64,000 nt of DNA, from the NCBI GenBank assembly GCA_023300235.1, contig JALZWN010000034.1:33514-97513 (forward strand), written 5' to 3'. The notes under the pieces are model-generated. The model ran no database searches and had not been told where the DNA came from. It saw only the letters and a program-made list of their open reading frames with translations. The position numbers and the translations under genes were made by a program. This document shows positions 1 to 8,691 of this stretch, piece after piece; the stretch's first letter is position 1; every line of letters begins with the position of its first letter. Source of the stretch: Mariniblastus sp. (GTDB lineage: Bacteria > Planctomycetota > Planctomycetia > Pirellulales > Pirellulaceae).

Positions 1-849
1 ACCCTGTCGCACTGGACGCATCCGCCAGCAACCAACTCGCTGCCCGCTCGTATTCGATCACTCCTCAAACTCGCGGCGACAGCCAGCCAGACCAAAGTCG
101 ATTACCTGCATCAACTTCAGGCCGAGAAGTTAGCCGCGATGAAGCAACTGGCCTACGGGGCCAGCCACGAGATTAACAACCCGCTGGCCAACGTCGCGAC
201 CCGAGCCCAAACCATGCTGGCCGACGAGGACCACCCGGAAAAGCGGACGAAGCTGGCAACGATCTACCAGCAAGCGATGCGCGCCCACGAGATGATTTCG
301 GACTTGATGCTATTCGCTCATCCGCCAGCCACCAACGCGACGCCCATTCTGCTGCGACAACTTATTCGACGGTTCATAGGCGAACATGAAAAAACGTCCC
401 CCGTCGACGAAGCGATCACTACCAACATTTTCGTTGGCCCAGGGATCGACCGTGCCTGTTTGGACCAGACGCAGTTTGTAGTTGTTTTGCAAATGCTGGC
501 TCGTAATTCACAAGAAGCCATCCGCGCGACCAAAGATGCGACTGGCGAGATCGACATTCGTTTTGACCTGGTGGACCGTCAAGCACCAGGTTTGCCTCAG
601 CGTTTGCAGCTGCTCCCAACCAATACGTTTTTGCAAGTGAGCGTTCAAGACAACGGCATCGGCGTGGACGCTCGTGTCCGCCGGCATTTGTTTGACCCGT
701 TCTTCAGTGGGCGCGAAGCGGGCAGGGGACTAGGCTTCGGCCTGTCCAAGACCTGGCGGATCATCGAGCAACACGGTGGCGAAATCATCCTGGACGAAGC
801 ACACACTCAAGGCACTCGCTTCGTTTTCTGGCTACCGCAACAAGACTAG
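1..849 (+). CDS. Sensor histidine kinase, C-terminal part (HisKA + HATPase_c); 5' end lies outside the window
   Basis: Frame 1 is open from nt 1, with no stop before the listed ATG at 139. H-box 'ASHEINNPLANV', G1-like 'VQDNGIGV', G2 'GRGLGFGLS'. Confidence 0.8.
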   Translation, partial: TLSHWTHPPATNSLPARIRSLLKLAATASQTKVDYLHQLQAEKLAAMKQLAYGASHEINNPLANVATRAQTMLADEDHPEKRTKLATIYQQAMRAHEMISDLMLFAHPPATNATPILLRQLIRRFIGEHEKTSPVDEAITTNIFVGPGIDRACLDQTQFVVVLQMLARNSQEAIRATKDATGEIDIRFDLVDRQAPGLPQRLQLLPTNTFLQVSVQDNGIGVDARVRRHLFDPFFSGREAGRGLGFGLSKTWRIIEQHGGEIILDEAHTQGTRFVFWLPQQD

Positions 850-1266
850 TCCGTTCGCACCAATCACCCACAAGCGAAGATCACCGAACCGCAGGGCGCG
901 GAACTGATGGGGCAGACTGGGCAAATCGTTTTTTGAACCTGGGTGCCCTGGTAGCCCGCAGCGTCAGCAAGGAACCCAATGTCGCCTTTCACTCCGTGAA
1001 AGAAGCGCTACCTTCCGTGGCCTCTTCCACGTAAACAGACAGCCAACACCCCAAGGTCCTCTCAAGTCGATTTCTATTCCCAAAACTCATATTCATGAAT
1101 CCCGATCAGACACGCTGCACAGAATTGGCCGATATTTCCCTGATTGAACGAGCACTACTTTCGCCGAGCCAAAGGCGACTCTACACGACTGCACTTGATC
1201 GGTTTGGTTGAATCGGGAAGATACCGGGCTTAGACGACACACCTATGGCTATGGATATCCGCAATT

Positions 1267-3174
1267 ATGCGAACTCAATCGATCTTCGCTCTCCTTCTTT
1301 TTTTCCTCACGGCCCTCTGCGGGCAACTTGCGTGGGGGCAAGACGGCTTGGAGGTGACGCTCGAGAAGCCAGCCGCTACCCAAGCTGAGCCAGCCCCAGT
1401 CAAACCGGCGACGGTGGACCCGGACTTCGCGTCGCCAACCGCAACAATGGCCACGTTCTTGAAAGAGATGGATCTCTATAGCGAGGAACTGGCGGCAGAG
1501 AATTCGACCGCCCAGCAACAGAGGCTCAACAAAGCCATCCGCACGCTCAAGCTGACCGATGTCACCCGAGAACGCGGTCCCAAGCTGGCGAAAATGTTGT
1601 TGGTCACGCTCAACCGACTGGGAGAATTCAGATGGTTTGATCTGGGGGACGAAGACGACGTAAAGGGACGCGAAGAAGAAACCTATTTCCCTAACCGGCG
1701 TTTTGATCACATCATCTCGGCGGTGCCCGATGTCGTGCCGGAGGGCTCCATCGTGCTAGCCAAACAACCCGACGGACGCTGGCTTTTTTCCGAAGAAACA
1801 ATCGCAGGGCTGGATGAATTGTTCCGGTCGCTCGAGCCGCTGCCCATCATTGTCGGAGCTGACACGGACGCGATTGCCGCTGAGAGTTGGCTGCGTCGGC
1901 AGATGCCTGACCATTTAAAACGAAACACGTTTCTGACCATCGAGTACTGGCAGTGGATGGCGTTGCTGGTGCTAATCTTTATCGGGGTAGCGATTGACCG
2001 GTTGAGCCGTCTGGTCAACCAAGCCGTCGGTCAGCGAATCATCCTACGACGTGGCGCCGAACCCGACCCCGAAAGCATGCGTTTGTTCGTGAGGCCCGCC
2101 GGTCGGTTATTGATGGCATTGTTTTGGCTGTCGACGCTGTGGTTATTGGACCTTCCCGGTGCCGCCTACCCGATCGTCCACGGCGCTGCCCGAGTATTCG
2201 CCATCCTCGCCGGCGCCTGGGCGCTATGGCGATTGATTGACCTAATTATTGGATCGCTTGTTCAAAAGGCACTAAAAACCGACACCAAATTTGATGACGT
2301 CGTTTACCCGATGATTCACACCACAATTCGGATCTTCATCGCTCTGTTCACGATCATTTACAGCGGCCTGGCATTAAACATCAACGTCTGGCCGGCGGTT
2401 ACAGCACTTGGCATTGGCGGCATCGGGTTCGCCTTCGCCGCCAAAGACACATTGGAAAACTTTTTCGGATCCGCAACGGTGCTGATCGATCGTCCGTTCG
2501 GCGTCGGAGACTGGGTCGTTATTGGGGATGTCGAAGGCACGGTCGAACAGATTGGATTCCGGTCGACTCGCTTGCGTACTTTTTATAACTCCTTGATCAC
2601 CGTGCCCAACGCCAATCTAGTCCGCGCCGCTGTGGATAATTATGGGGCCCGCCGCTATCGCCGTTGGAAGTGCCACGTTGGGGTGCAGTACGATACACCG
2701 CCGGAAAAACTGGTCGCGTTCTGCGAAGGCATCCGTGAACTGGTTCGCACTCATCCTTACACCCGCAAGGATTATTTCCAAGTCTGGCTGAATCAGTTTG
2801 GTCCGTCATCGCTGGATGTGCTGGTTTACGTCTTCTACGAGGCTCCGGACTGGTCGACCGAACTTCGCGAGCGTGAACGGATGATGTTGGACATGATGCG
2901 ATTAGCCAACAAGTTAGGCGTCGAGTACGCATTCCCAACTCAGACGGTTCACCTGCATCAACAAGAGCCTAGCGTTCCAAACACGCCGGCCGATGCCCCA
3001 GGATTCTCGACCGACCAGCGTGCGATGGTCGAAGGAATCCGCACTGTCCACGAACTTGTTGCTAACCAAAGTTGGCAAACCAAAAAACCCGGCCCGGTCG
3101 AATACAAGCACGGCCCGACCCAATTGGACGGCGATACTGATTCCCAAATCGAACAACGCAGTGCGGGTGGCTAA
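1267..3174 (+). CDS. MscS-family mechanosensitive ion channel
   Basis: Signal-like N-terminus, several TM helices, and the MscS core 'GIGFAFAAKDTLENFFGSATVLIDRPFGVGDWVVIGDVEGTVEQIGFRSTRLRTF'. Confidence 0.85.
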   Translation: MRTQSIFALLLFFLTALCGQLAWGQDGLEVTLEKPAATQAEPAPVKPATVDPDFASPTATMATFLKEMDLYSEELAAENSTAQQQRLNKAIRTLKLTDVTRERGPKLAKMLLVTLNRLGEFRWFDLGDEDDVKGREEETYFPNRRFDHIISAVPDVVPEGSIVLAKQPDGRWLFSEETIAGLDELFRSLEPLPIIVGADTDAIAAESWLRRQMPDHLKRNTFLTIEYWQWMALLVLIFIGVAIDRLSRLVNQAVGQRIILRRGAEPDPESMRLFVRPAGRLLMALFWLSTLWLLDLPGAAYPIVHGAARVFAILAGAWALWRLIDLIIGSLVQKALKTDTKFDDVVYPMIHTTIRIFIALFTIIYSGLALNINVWPAVTALGIGGIGFAFAAKDTLENFFGSATVLIDRPFGVGDWVVIGDVEGTVEQIGFRSTRLRTFYNSLITVPNANLVRAAVDNYGARRYRRWKCHVGVQYDTPPEKLVAFCEGIRELVRTHPYTRKDYFQVWLNQFGPSSLDVLVYVFYEAPDWSTELRERERMMLDMMRLANKLGVEYAFPTQTVHLHQQEPSVPNTPADAPGFSTDQRAMVEGIRTVHELVANQSWQTKKPGPVEYKHGPTQLDGDTDSQIEQRSAGG

Positions 3175-3470
3175 GGTCGTGTTGGCGATCCATTAAAGAA
3201 GGTTATCCATTAAAGAAAGCTACCCCTTAACAAAGGCGAACAGTTGACGACAACCGTGGGAACAACCTCGCCGTTGCTGAATCCTGTTGGGGAGTGCCCC
3301 AATTAGCTTCAACTGCATTCGACATCGGATCGACAGACGTGCAGATCCGTGAGAATAAGTGGCTAGTTTTTCGGTTCTTCCGGCAATTTCGTGGGCGGGC
3401 ATAAGCTGACAGCATTTAGATAGCCTGCCCCAATGCTAGGGAGGGTGCCATGCAACGACGTCCAAATTGG

Positions 3471-3594
3471 CCTGACTCTAAAAGGCCCCATAAAAAACAT
3501 GCTCACGTGGCTTTCCCTGGATCACATCGCACGCGTAAGCTTGCCGGCACTCAATAGATCCATCTACGCCTCAAATCCGTGAAGCATGGCACCC
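3471..3594 (-). repeat. Copy 1 of a ~122-nt conserved structured element (second copy at 59687-59808)
   Basis: The reverse complement aligns with 59687-59808. Identical blocks: GGTGCCATGCTTCACG, TTTGAGG, CGTGAGCATGTTTT, GGGGC. An 11-bp perfect inverted partner GGGTGCCATGC lies at 3443-3453. Confidence 0.6.
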
Positions 3595-3730
3595 GAAATA
3601 ATTGGGCCAGCCACTAAAACACCAGAAGCACCAGTTTTCCAATTACGCGTGACGTAGTTAGCCACCGATCAACACCAATCCGCCACAGCCCAAAACAACG
3701 ATCCGATTCCAGTAATAAAATCGTAAAGCA

Positions 3731-4696
3731 CTAATAACGCGTCGACATTCGAACAAAAAACGAACTACTCAACGGAACCTCCACCGAGTCTTGATCCAGT
3801 TCAAGATCTCGCGAGAACGCATAACCGATTTCAGCGGCATACTTTCGCCCCAATACAAACGGCGCGTTTACGGGAGCCGAAGGTCGCCCCTCCCACCCTA
3901 CGAACACTCGCCAATCGCCATACGAAAGTTGCTGATCAACTCCGCCTTCGCTTTCGTATCCCCAAGTGTTTCCATCTAAACCCACTCCGGTATAAATCCA
4001 ATTTTGTCGTTGCCCGTCGTCGCTCAAGAGATAGCTGAGTTTTGGTTTGGGCAAAATCAAATCTAAACGGCTCCGTGAAGTTGGCACCCAAATCGCCCCC
4101 AACGCAGGAACCACCGGCAAATCGTCTCGGCCTAAAGCGATCGCCCCAAAAGACAACTTCAATTGAGGATTCGCCTCCCAGATCGCGAACGCACCTCCGC
4201 GAAACCGCCAAGCATCACTCGACCGGTTATCGCCATCTGTCGCAAAATCCACTCCGATGATCGAACGCACCGCCCAACGGTCACTCAGCTTGCGGACTCC
4301 ACTGACCCCGATCGAAGCTTCGTACAAATCCGATGGCAAACCAAAATCGTCGGCAAAGTTTAACTCTGTATGATTGAACCCCACGCTAACCATCGGCGGC
4401 GGCCCACCTTTTGGACGCAAAAACAACAACGGCACCCGTAACCCGACACCTAGCTTTCGCAGGCCAAGATCGGAATCCGTCAGCCATTCGGCATCAAGAC
4501 TCCCCGGAATCCCGCGCGGCCGCTGGCTTTGACTGGGGGTTTGATCAACTGCATAAACAGACGCTTGGCCTGGCGCACTGTCGAGATTTTCATTTGCCGG
4601 ATAAACCTGAGCAACCAACAAACGTTCACCGCTAGCACTGCTGACCAAGACAGCGAGCCAACCTAAAATTAAAGCAAACTTCTGTTTTCTGACCAT
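3731..4696 (-). CDS. Secreted hypothetical protein, possibly an outer-membrane beta-barrel
   Basis: Signal peptide 'MVRKQKFALILGWLAVLVSSASG', alternating hydrophobic pattern, C-terminal aromatic residue ('...FVRMSTRY'). No family recognised. Confidence 0.55.
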   Translation of the reverse strand: MVRKQKFALILGWLAVLVSSASGERLLVAQVYPANENLDSAPGQASVYAVDQTPSQSQRPRGIPGSLDAEWLTDSDLGLRKLGVGLRVPLLFLRPKGGPPPMVSVGFNHTELNFADDFGLPSDLYEASIGVSGVRKLSDRWAVRSIIGVDFATDGDNRSSDAWRFRGGAFAIWEANPQLKLSFGAIALGRDDLPVVPALGAIWVPTSRSRLDLILPKPKLSYLLSDDGQRQNWIYTGVGLDGNTWGYESEGGVDQQLSYGDWRVFVGWEGRPSAPVNAPFVLGRKYAAEIGYAFSRDLELDQDSVEVPLSSSFFVRMSTRY

Positions 4697-5093
4697 GAAA
4701 TCCGTTTCACCAGCGAGTTACTGCTCCGTTATAGTGAGACTGCAAACGGAACAACAGATTAATTTTGCCAGTACCGACCCCGGTCATGCGATCGCGCGAG
4801 CCTAGGGTCTCCAAATCAATTCCGTGATACGAACAACAGTTTTAAACAACCTCGCAGTTGCTTCCCCCACCACTTACGTGAAGGCCTCTACAAACCACTT
4901 CGACCACTTCAGCAATGTGTAGCTAAAACATTAAATACGGTGTTAACCAACAGTAAAAACCTACGGTTCTTTTTGCGATAATCTACGGTTAATCAAGGCG
5001 AAAGCCGAGGTAGAATACATCTGCCACCGGCAAGCTGGAACCACTGCCAGCCAAAATCAAGTTGTCTTTGCATTTACTTTATTTTTCTAATCT

Positions 5094-7226
5094 ATGATCG
5101 ACGCCAAAGAAACAACTGACATCATTCGTCGTATCTGCGAACACATGACGATCGCTTTCTCGGCCAACCGTGTGTATCCAGGTATCGCGGACCTGAAGAC
5201 TAGCGACGAACCGGTTGAAGTCGAGAAGCACCTTGACTCCGTCGGCAAACAATTCGGAATTCGTTTTCGCCCCATGTCCGGCCCCGTTCGAGACCTGCTG
5301 AGCACGGTCGCTGATTCTGGGCCCGTGCTGGTTGGCAAATTAACTCTTGGCGACCGCCTAGCGACCGAAGGAGCGCCGCTTACGTTAATCCTGCGTTTCA
5401 GCGGCCGCAACAAACTGGTCATCGTGCAAGACGGTATCGAACAGTTGGTCAACACGTCCTGGGTTCGAAAACGATTCCGCCTCAAGGATTCCCGCGATTA
5501 CAACTGGCTATTGGCCCAACCAATGCTGGCCGCTCAAAACGCCTCACGAATTCACTACGACGGTTCAACGGCCCCGAAGCCTTTGGCTCCCTTGAAGCGC
5601 TTGATCGCTTTCATGAAACCTGAAACCGGCGACATAAAATCAATTTTCGTTTTTTCGTTGTTTATCGGACTGCTAAGCCTAACGTTGCCACTGGCGGTCG
5701 AAGCCGTCGTGAACACGATTGCTTATGGTCGCTACCTGCAACCGTTAATCGTCCTGTCATTGATCGTCATGGTCTTCCTGGGCTTTCGCGCCGGTTTACA
5801 AATCCTAGTTACCATCGTCTCCGAATACATCCAACGCAAACTATTCGTGCGCACGGTCGAAGACCTTTCCTATCGACTTACCCGCGTGCCACTTCCCGTC
5901 TGGCGAAAGTACCATGGCCCGGAACTAGTCAATCGCTTCTTTGACATCGTTAACGTTCAAAAAATCACTTCCAAGCTCTTGCTAGATTCGCTGATGCTTG
6001 TTTTACAAACCGCAATCGGCTTGTCGCTGCTGGCTTTTTATCATCCATTTTTGTTAGGCTACGACATCGGATTGTTAGCCTTGATGTCAGTCGTGCTTTA
6101 CTTAATAGGCCGTGGAGCTGTTAAGACCGCAAAAGACGAATCGCAATTGAAATACGAAACCGGTGCGTGGTTACAAGAAATCGTCCGCCACCCGAGTACA
6201 TTCAAATTCAATGGCGGCCTTGGATTCGCGATCAATCGAGCAGACGAACTGACTGCCAGATACATCAACCACCGCCAAAAGCACTTCAGCATTCTCCTAC
6301 GGCAAATCTCCTTTGCCATGTTCATGCAAGTTATCGCGGCGACAATTTTGCTCGCACTGGGTGGTTACCTCGTCATCATCCAACAAATCTCACTTGGCCA
6401 GTTAGTAGCGGCTGAATTGATCGTGACCGTGATTTTGGGATCCTTTGCCAAACTTGGAAAGGACCTAGAAAGTTTTTACGACCTCATGGCATCGGTCGAT
6501 AAACTCGGCAAACTCTTTGACCTGCCCGTCGAACCGCATGACATGCTACAACTCCCTAACAGCAATCAAGCGCGTGCACTCTCACTCAGGGGCCTCAAAC
6601 TTGACTCGACCAACAACCACCCTAGTGACATCGAATTTGCTCCCGGCCGCAGTGTTGCTATCTTTGGTTCATCCGAGCTACGACGTTCAAAACTGATCGA
6701 GTCCATGGTTGGCCATGCCAAAGCTGACGCCGGTTACGTATTAATCGACGATTATCGAATCGACACCATCAGCGCGGAATCATTACAAGAATCGGCTTCC
6801 TTGATCCGCGAAATCGAACTGTTCGAAGGCACCGTCGACGAAAACATTCGCATGGGCCGCGAAGGACTCGGCTCCGATCGCGTCAATCAAATCATCAATC
6901 AACTTGGCTTAGGGCAAATCGTATCCGGCCTAGAAAACGGCCTGCTGACCCCACTTAGCATTTCGGGATACCCACTATCACAAGGCGAAGCCATCCGCAT
7001 CGTTCTCGCACGAACACTTATTGCGCGTCCCGGAATCGTATTCATTGACGGGTTGCTGGACCGCTTATCAGACAATGACACGCTGGACGTCCTCCAGCGT
7101 TTGGACGCGTTTGATGGCGAAACCACAGTGGTGATTTCAACAGGACGTAAGGTAATCGCCAACTGGGCTGACCAACAACTGGACATCAGCATACCTCATT
7201 GGCAACTGGGAAAATATTCTGATTAG
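5094..7226 (+). CDS. ABC exporter (N-terminal C39-peptidase-like region + type-I exporter TMD + degenerate NBD)
   Basis: Six-helix ABC_membrane-like region. C-terminal NBD-shaped domain with 'LSQGEAIRIVLARTLIARPGIVFIDGLLDRLSD'. First gene of an ABC-MFP-OMF operon. Confidence 0.8.
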   Translation: MIDAKETTDIIRRICEHMTIAFSANRVYPGIADLKTSDEPVEVEKHLDSVGKQFGIRFRPMSGPVRDLLSTVADSGPVLVGKLTLGDRLATEGAPLTLILRFSGRNKLVIVQDGIEQLVNTSWVRKRFRLKDSRDYNWLLAQPMLAAQNASRIHYDGSTAPKPLAPLKRLIAFMKPETGDIKSIFVFSLFIGLLSLTLPLAVEAVVNTIAYGRYLQPLIVLSLIVMVFLGFRAGLQILVTIVSEYIQRKLFVRTVEDLSYRLTRVPLPVWRKYHGPELVNRFFDIVNVQKITSKLLLDSLMLVLQTAIGLSLLAFYHPFLLGYDIGLLALMSVVLYLIGRGAVKTAKDESQLKYETGAWLQEIVRHPSTFKFNGGLGFAINRADELTARYINHRQKHFSILLRQISFAMFMQVIAATILLALGGYLVIIQQISLGQLVAAELIVTVILGSFAKLGKDLESFYDLMASVDKLGKLFDLPVEPHDMLQLPNSNQARALSLRGLKLDSTNNHPSDIEFAPGRSVAIFGSSELRRSKLIESMVGHAKADAGYVLIDDYRIDTISAESLQESASLIREIELFEGTVDENIRMGREGLGSDRVNQIINQLGLGQIVSGLENGLLTPLSISGYPLSQGEAIRIVLARTLIARPGIVFIDGLLDRLSDNDTLDVLQRLDAFDGETTVVISTGRKVIANWADQQLDISIPHWQLGKYSD

Positions 7227-7324
7227 CTAAACTAAACCAATCGCTCGTAGTTCCCGACCTGGGTAAAGCAATCGCGACACCAAAGCTTCGATGATGACAC
7301 TCAACGACTATTCCGATAATTCCA

Positions 7325-8689
7325 ATGATAACTAACAAACCGATTCGGTCAGCAATGTCGATGTCAAACCGTAACGAAACGAACTTGCACCTCATGCAGT
7401 CGTCGCGATACGCAAAGCGTTTGGCGAAGTGGCTGCTGCTTTTGCTAGTACTTTGCGTGCTTGCCATGGCATTTCTACCTTGGCAACAAACCTCACGTGG
7501 TACCGGTTCGGTCGTGGCTTACGCTCCTCAGGAACGCCAGCAAACGATCGACGCACCAACCAAAGGGATCGTGGCGAGAATTGGAGACGGGTTGGCCGAA
7601 GGGTCGCAAGTAAAACAAGGCGACTTTATTCTCGAGATCCAACCGTTTGCCGCCAATATGGTTCAGCAACTCCAAGGACAATTGCAAGATCTGAAAACCA
7701 AAGAAGAAACATTCAAAGTCAAATCCGAAGCCTACCAACAAAACGTCCAAGGCTTTACCGAAGCCCGAGACTTTGCCGTTAGCGCCGCACTGCAGATGGT
7801 GGAAGCGGCAGAAGCTAAGCTTGAAAGCAAGCAGCGTTTGACCCAAGGCTACGATGCCAAACAACTACAAACCAAATTGAATTTCCAACGCCAAAACAGC
7901 CTTGCCAAGCAAGGACTGAAACCCGCGAAAGAAATCGAGAAGCTGAGAAAAGAATGGGACGTCGCGAAAGCCAATTTCGAATCGATCCAACAGGACGTCA
8001 TTTCTTTGAAAAAAGAACTGGCCAGCAAGAAGGATTCCTTGGAAGAGAAACGGCGCCTGGCGCAAACCAAAATCGACTACGCACGTGCTTTGCAGCAAGA
8101 CGCGATCGGCGGAGCAGCGACGATCCGCAAAGAAATTGGCGACGTAAAAATCAAACTTGGCGAAATGGATCGGTTGACCATCCACGCCCCTCGCGACGGA
8201 ACCATCTATCGAATGCCGATCTACGAACTCGGCCAGACCATCAAAGAAGGCGAAGCAGTTCTTACATTGATTCCAGAATCGACTCAAAATGCAGTCGAAC
8301 TGATGATCAATGGCAACGATCTTCCGTTGATTCAGAAAGGACAAGAGGTTCGTCTTCAATTCGAGGGCTGGCCAGCCGTTCAAGTCGCCGGTTGGCCGTC
8401 GGTTTCCGTTGGAGCCTTCAGTGGACAAGTCGCGACGATCGATTCGACCGACAACGGCAAAGGCCAATTTCGAATCCTTGTAGTTCCCACCGAGGATCCG
8501 GACTTACCATGGCCCGAGGACACCGAACGATTTTTACGACAGGGCGTACGAGCCAACGGCTGGGTACAACTTCGAAAAGTTCGCCTAGGTTTCGAACTCT
8601 GGCGTCAAATGAATGGCTTCCCAGTCGTGATCGAAGGCAAAGAAATCAAAAAAACAAAAACTGCCAAGCCGCCCAAGGTTCCCAAGTAG
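7325..8689 (+). CDS. HlyD-family membrane fusion protein
   Basis: N-terminal TM anchor, long coiled coil, lipoyl-like hairpins 'IDAPTKGIVARIGDGLAEGSQVKQGDFILEIQP' and 'IHAPRDGTIYRMPIYELGQTIKEGEAVLTLIP'. Confidence 0.85.
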   Translation: MITNKPIRSAMSMSNRNETNLHLMQSSRYAKRLAKWLLLLLVLCVLAMAFLPWQQTSRGTGSVVAYAPQERQQTIDAPTKGIVARIGDGLAEGSQVKQGDFILEIQPFAANMVQQLQGQLQDLKTKEETFKVKSEAYQQNVQGFTEARDFAVSAALQMVEAAEAKLESKQRLTQGYDAKQLQTKLNFQRQNSLAKQGLKPAKEIEKLRKEWDVAKANFESIQQDVISLKKELASKKDSLEEKRRLAQTKIDYARALQQDAIGGAATIRKEIGDVKIKLGEMDRLTIHAPRDGTIYRMPIYELGQTIKEGEAVLTLIPESTQNAVELMINGNDLPLIQKGQEVRLQFEGWPAVQVAGWPSVSVGAFSGQVATIDSTDNGKGQFRILVVPTEDPDLPWPEDTERFLRQGVRANGWVQLRKVRLGFELWRQMNGFPVVIEGKEIKKTKTAKPPKVPK

Positions 8690-8691
8690 CA

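Noticed and set aside
7954-8691. The 5' 735 nt of the long ORF 7954-10440, overlapping hlyD in another frame.
   Set aside because: It translates to R/S/D-rich sequence. The HlyD frame carries the family motifs, and the TolC-like signal peptide and lipobox begin only at about 8692.
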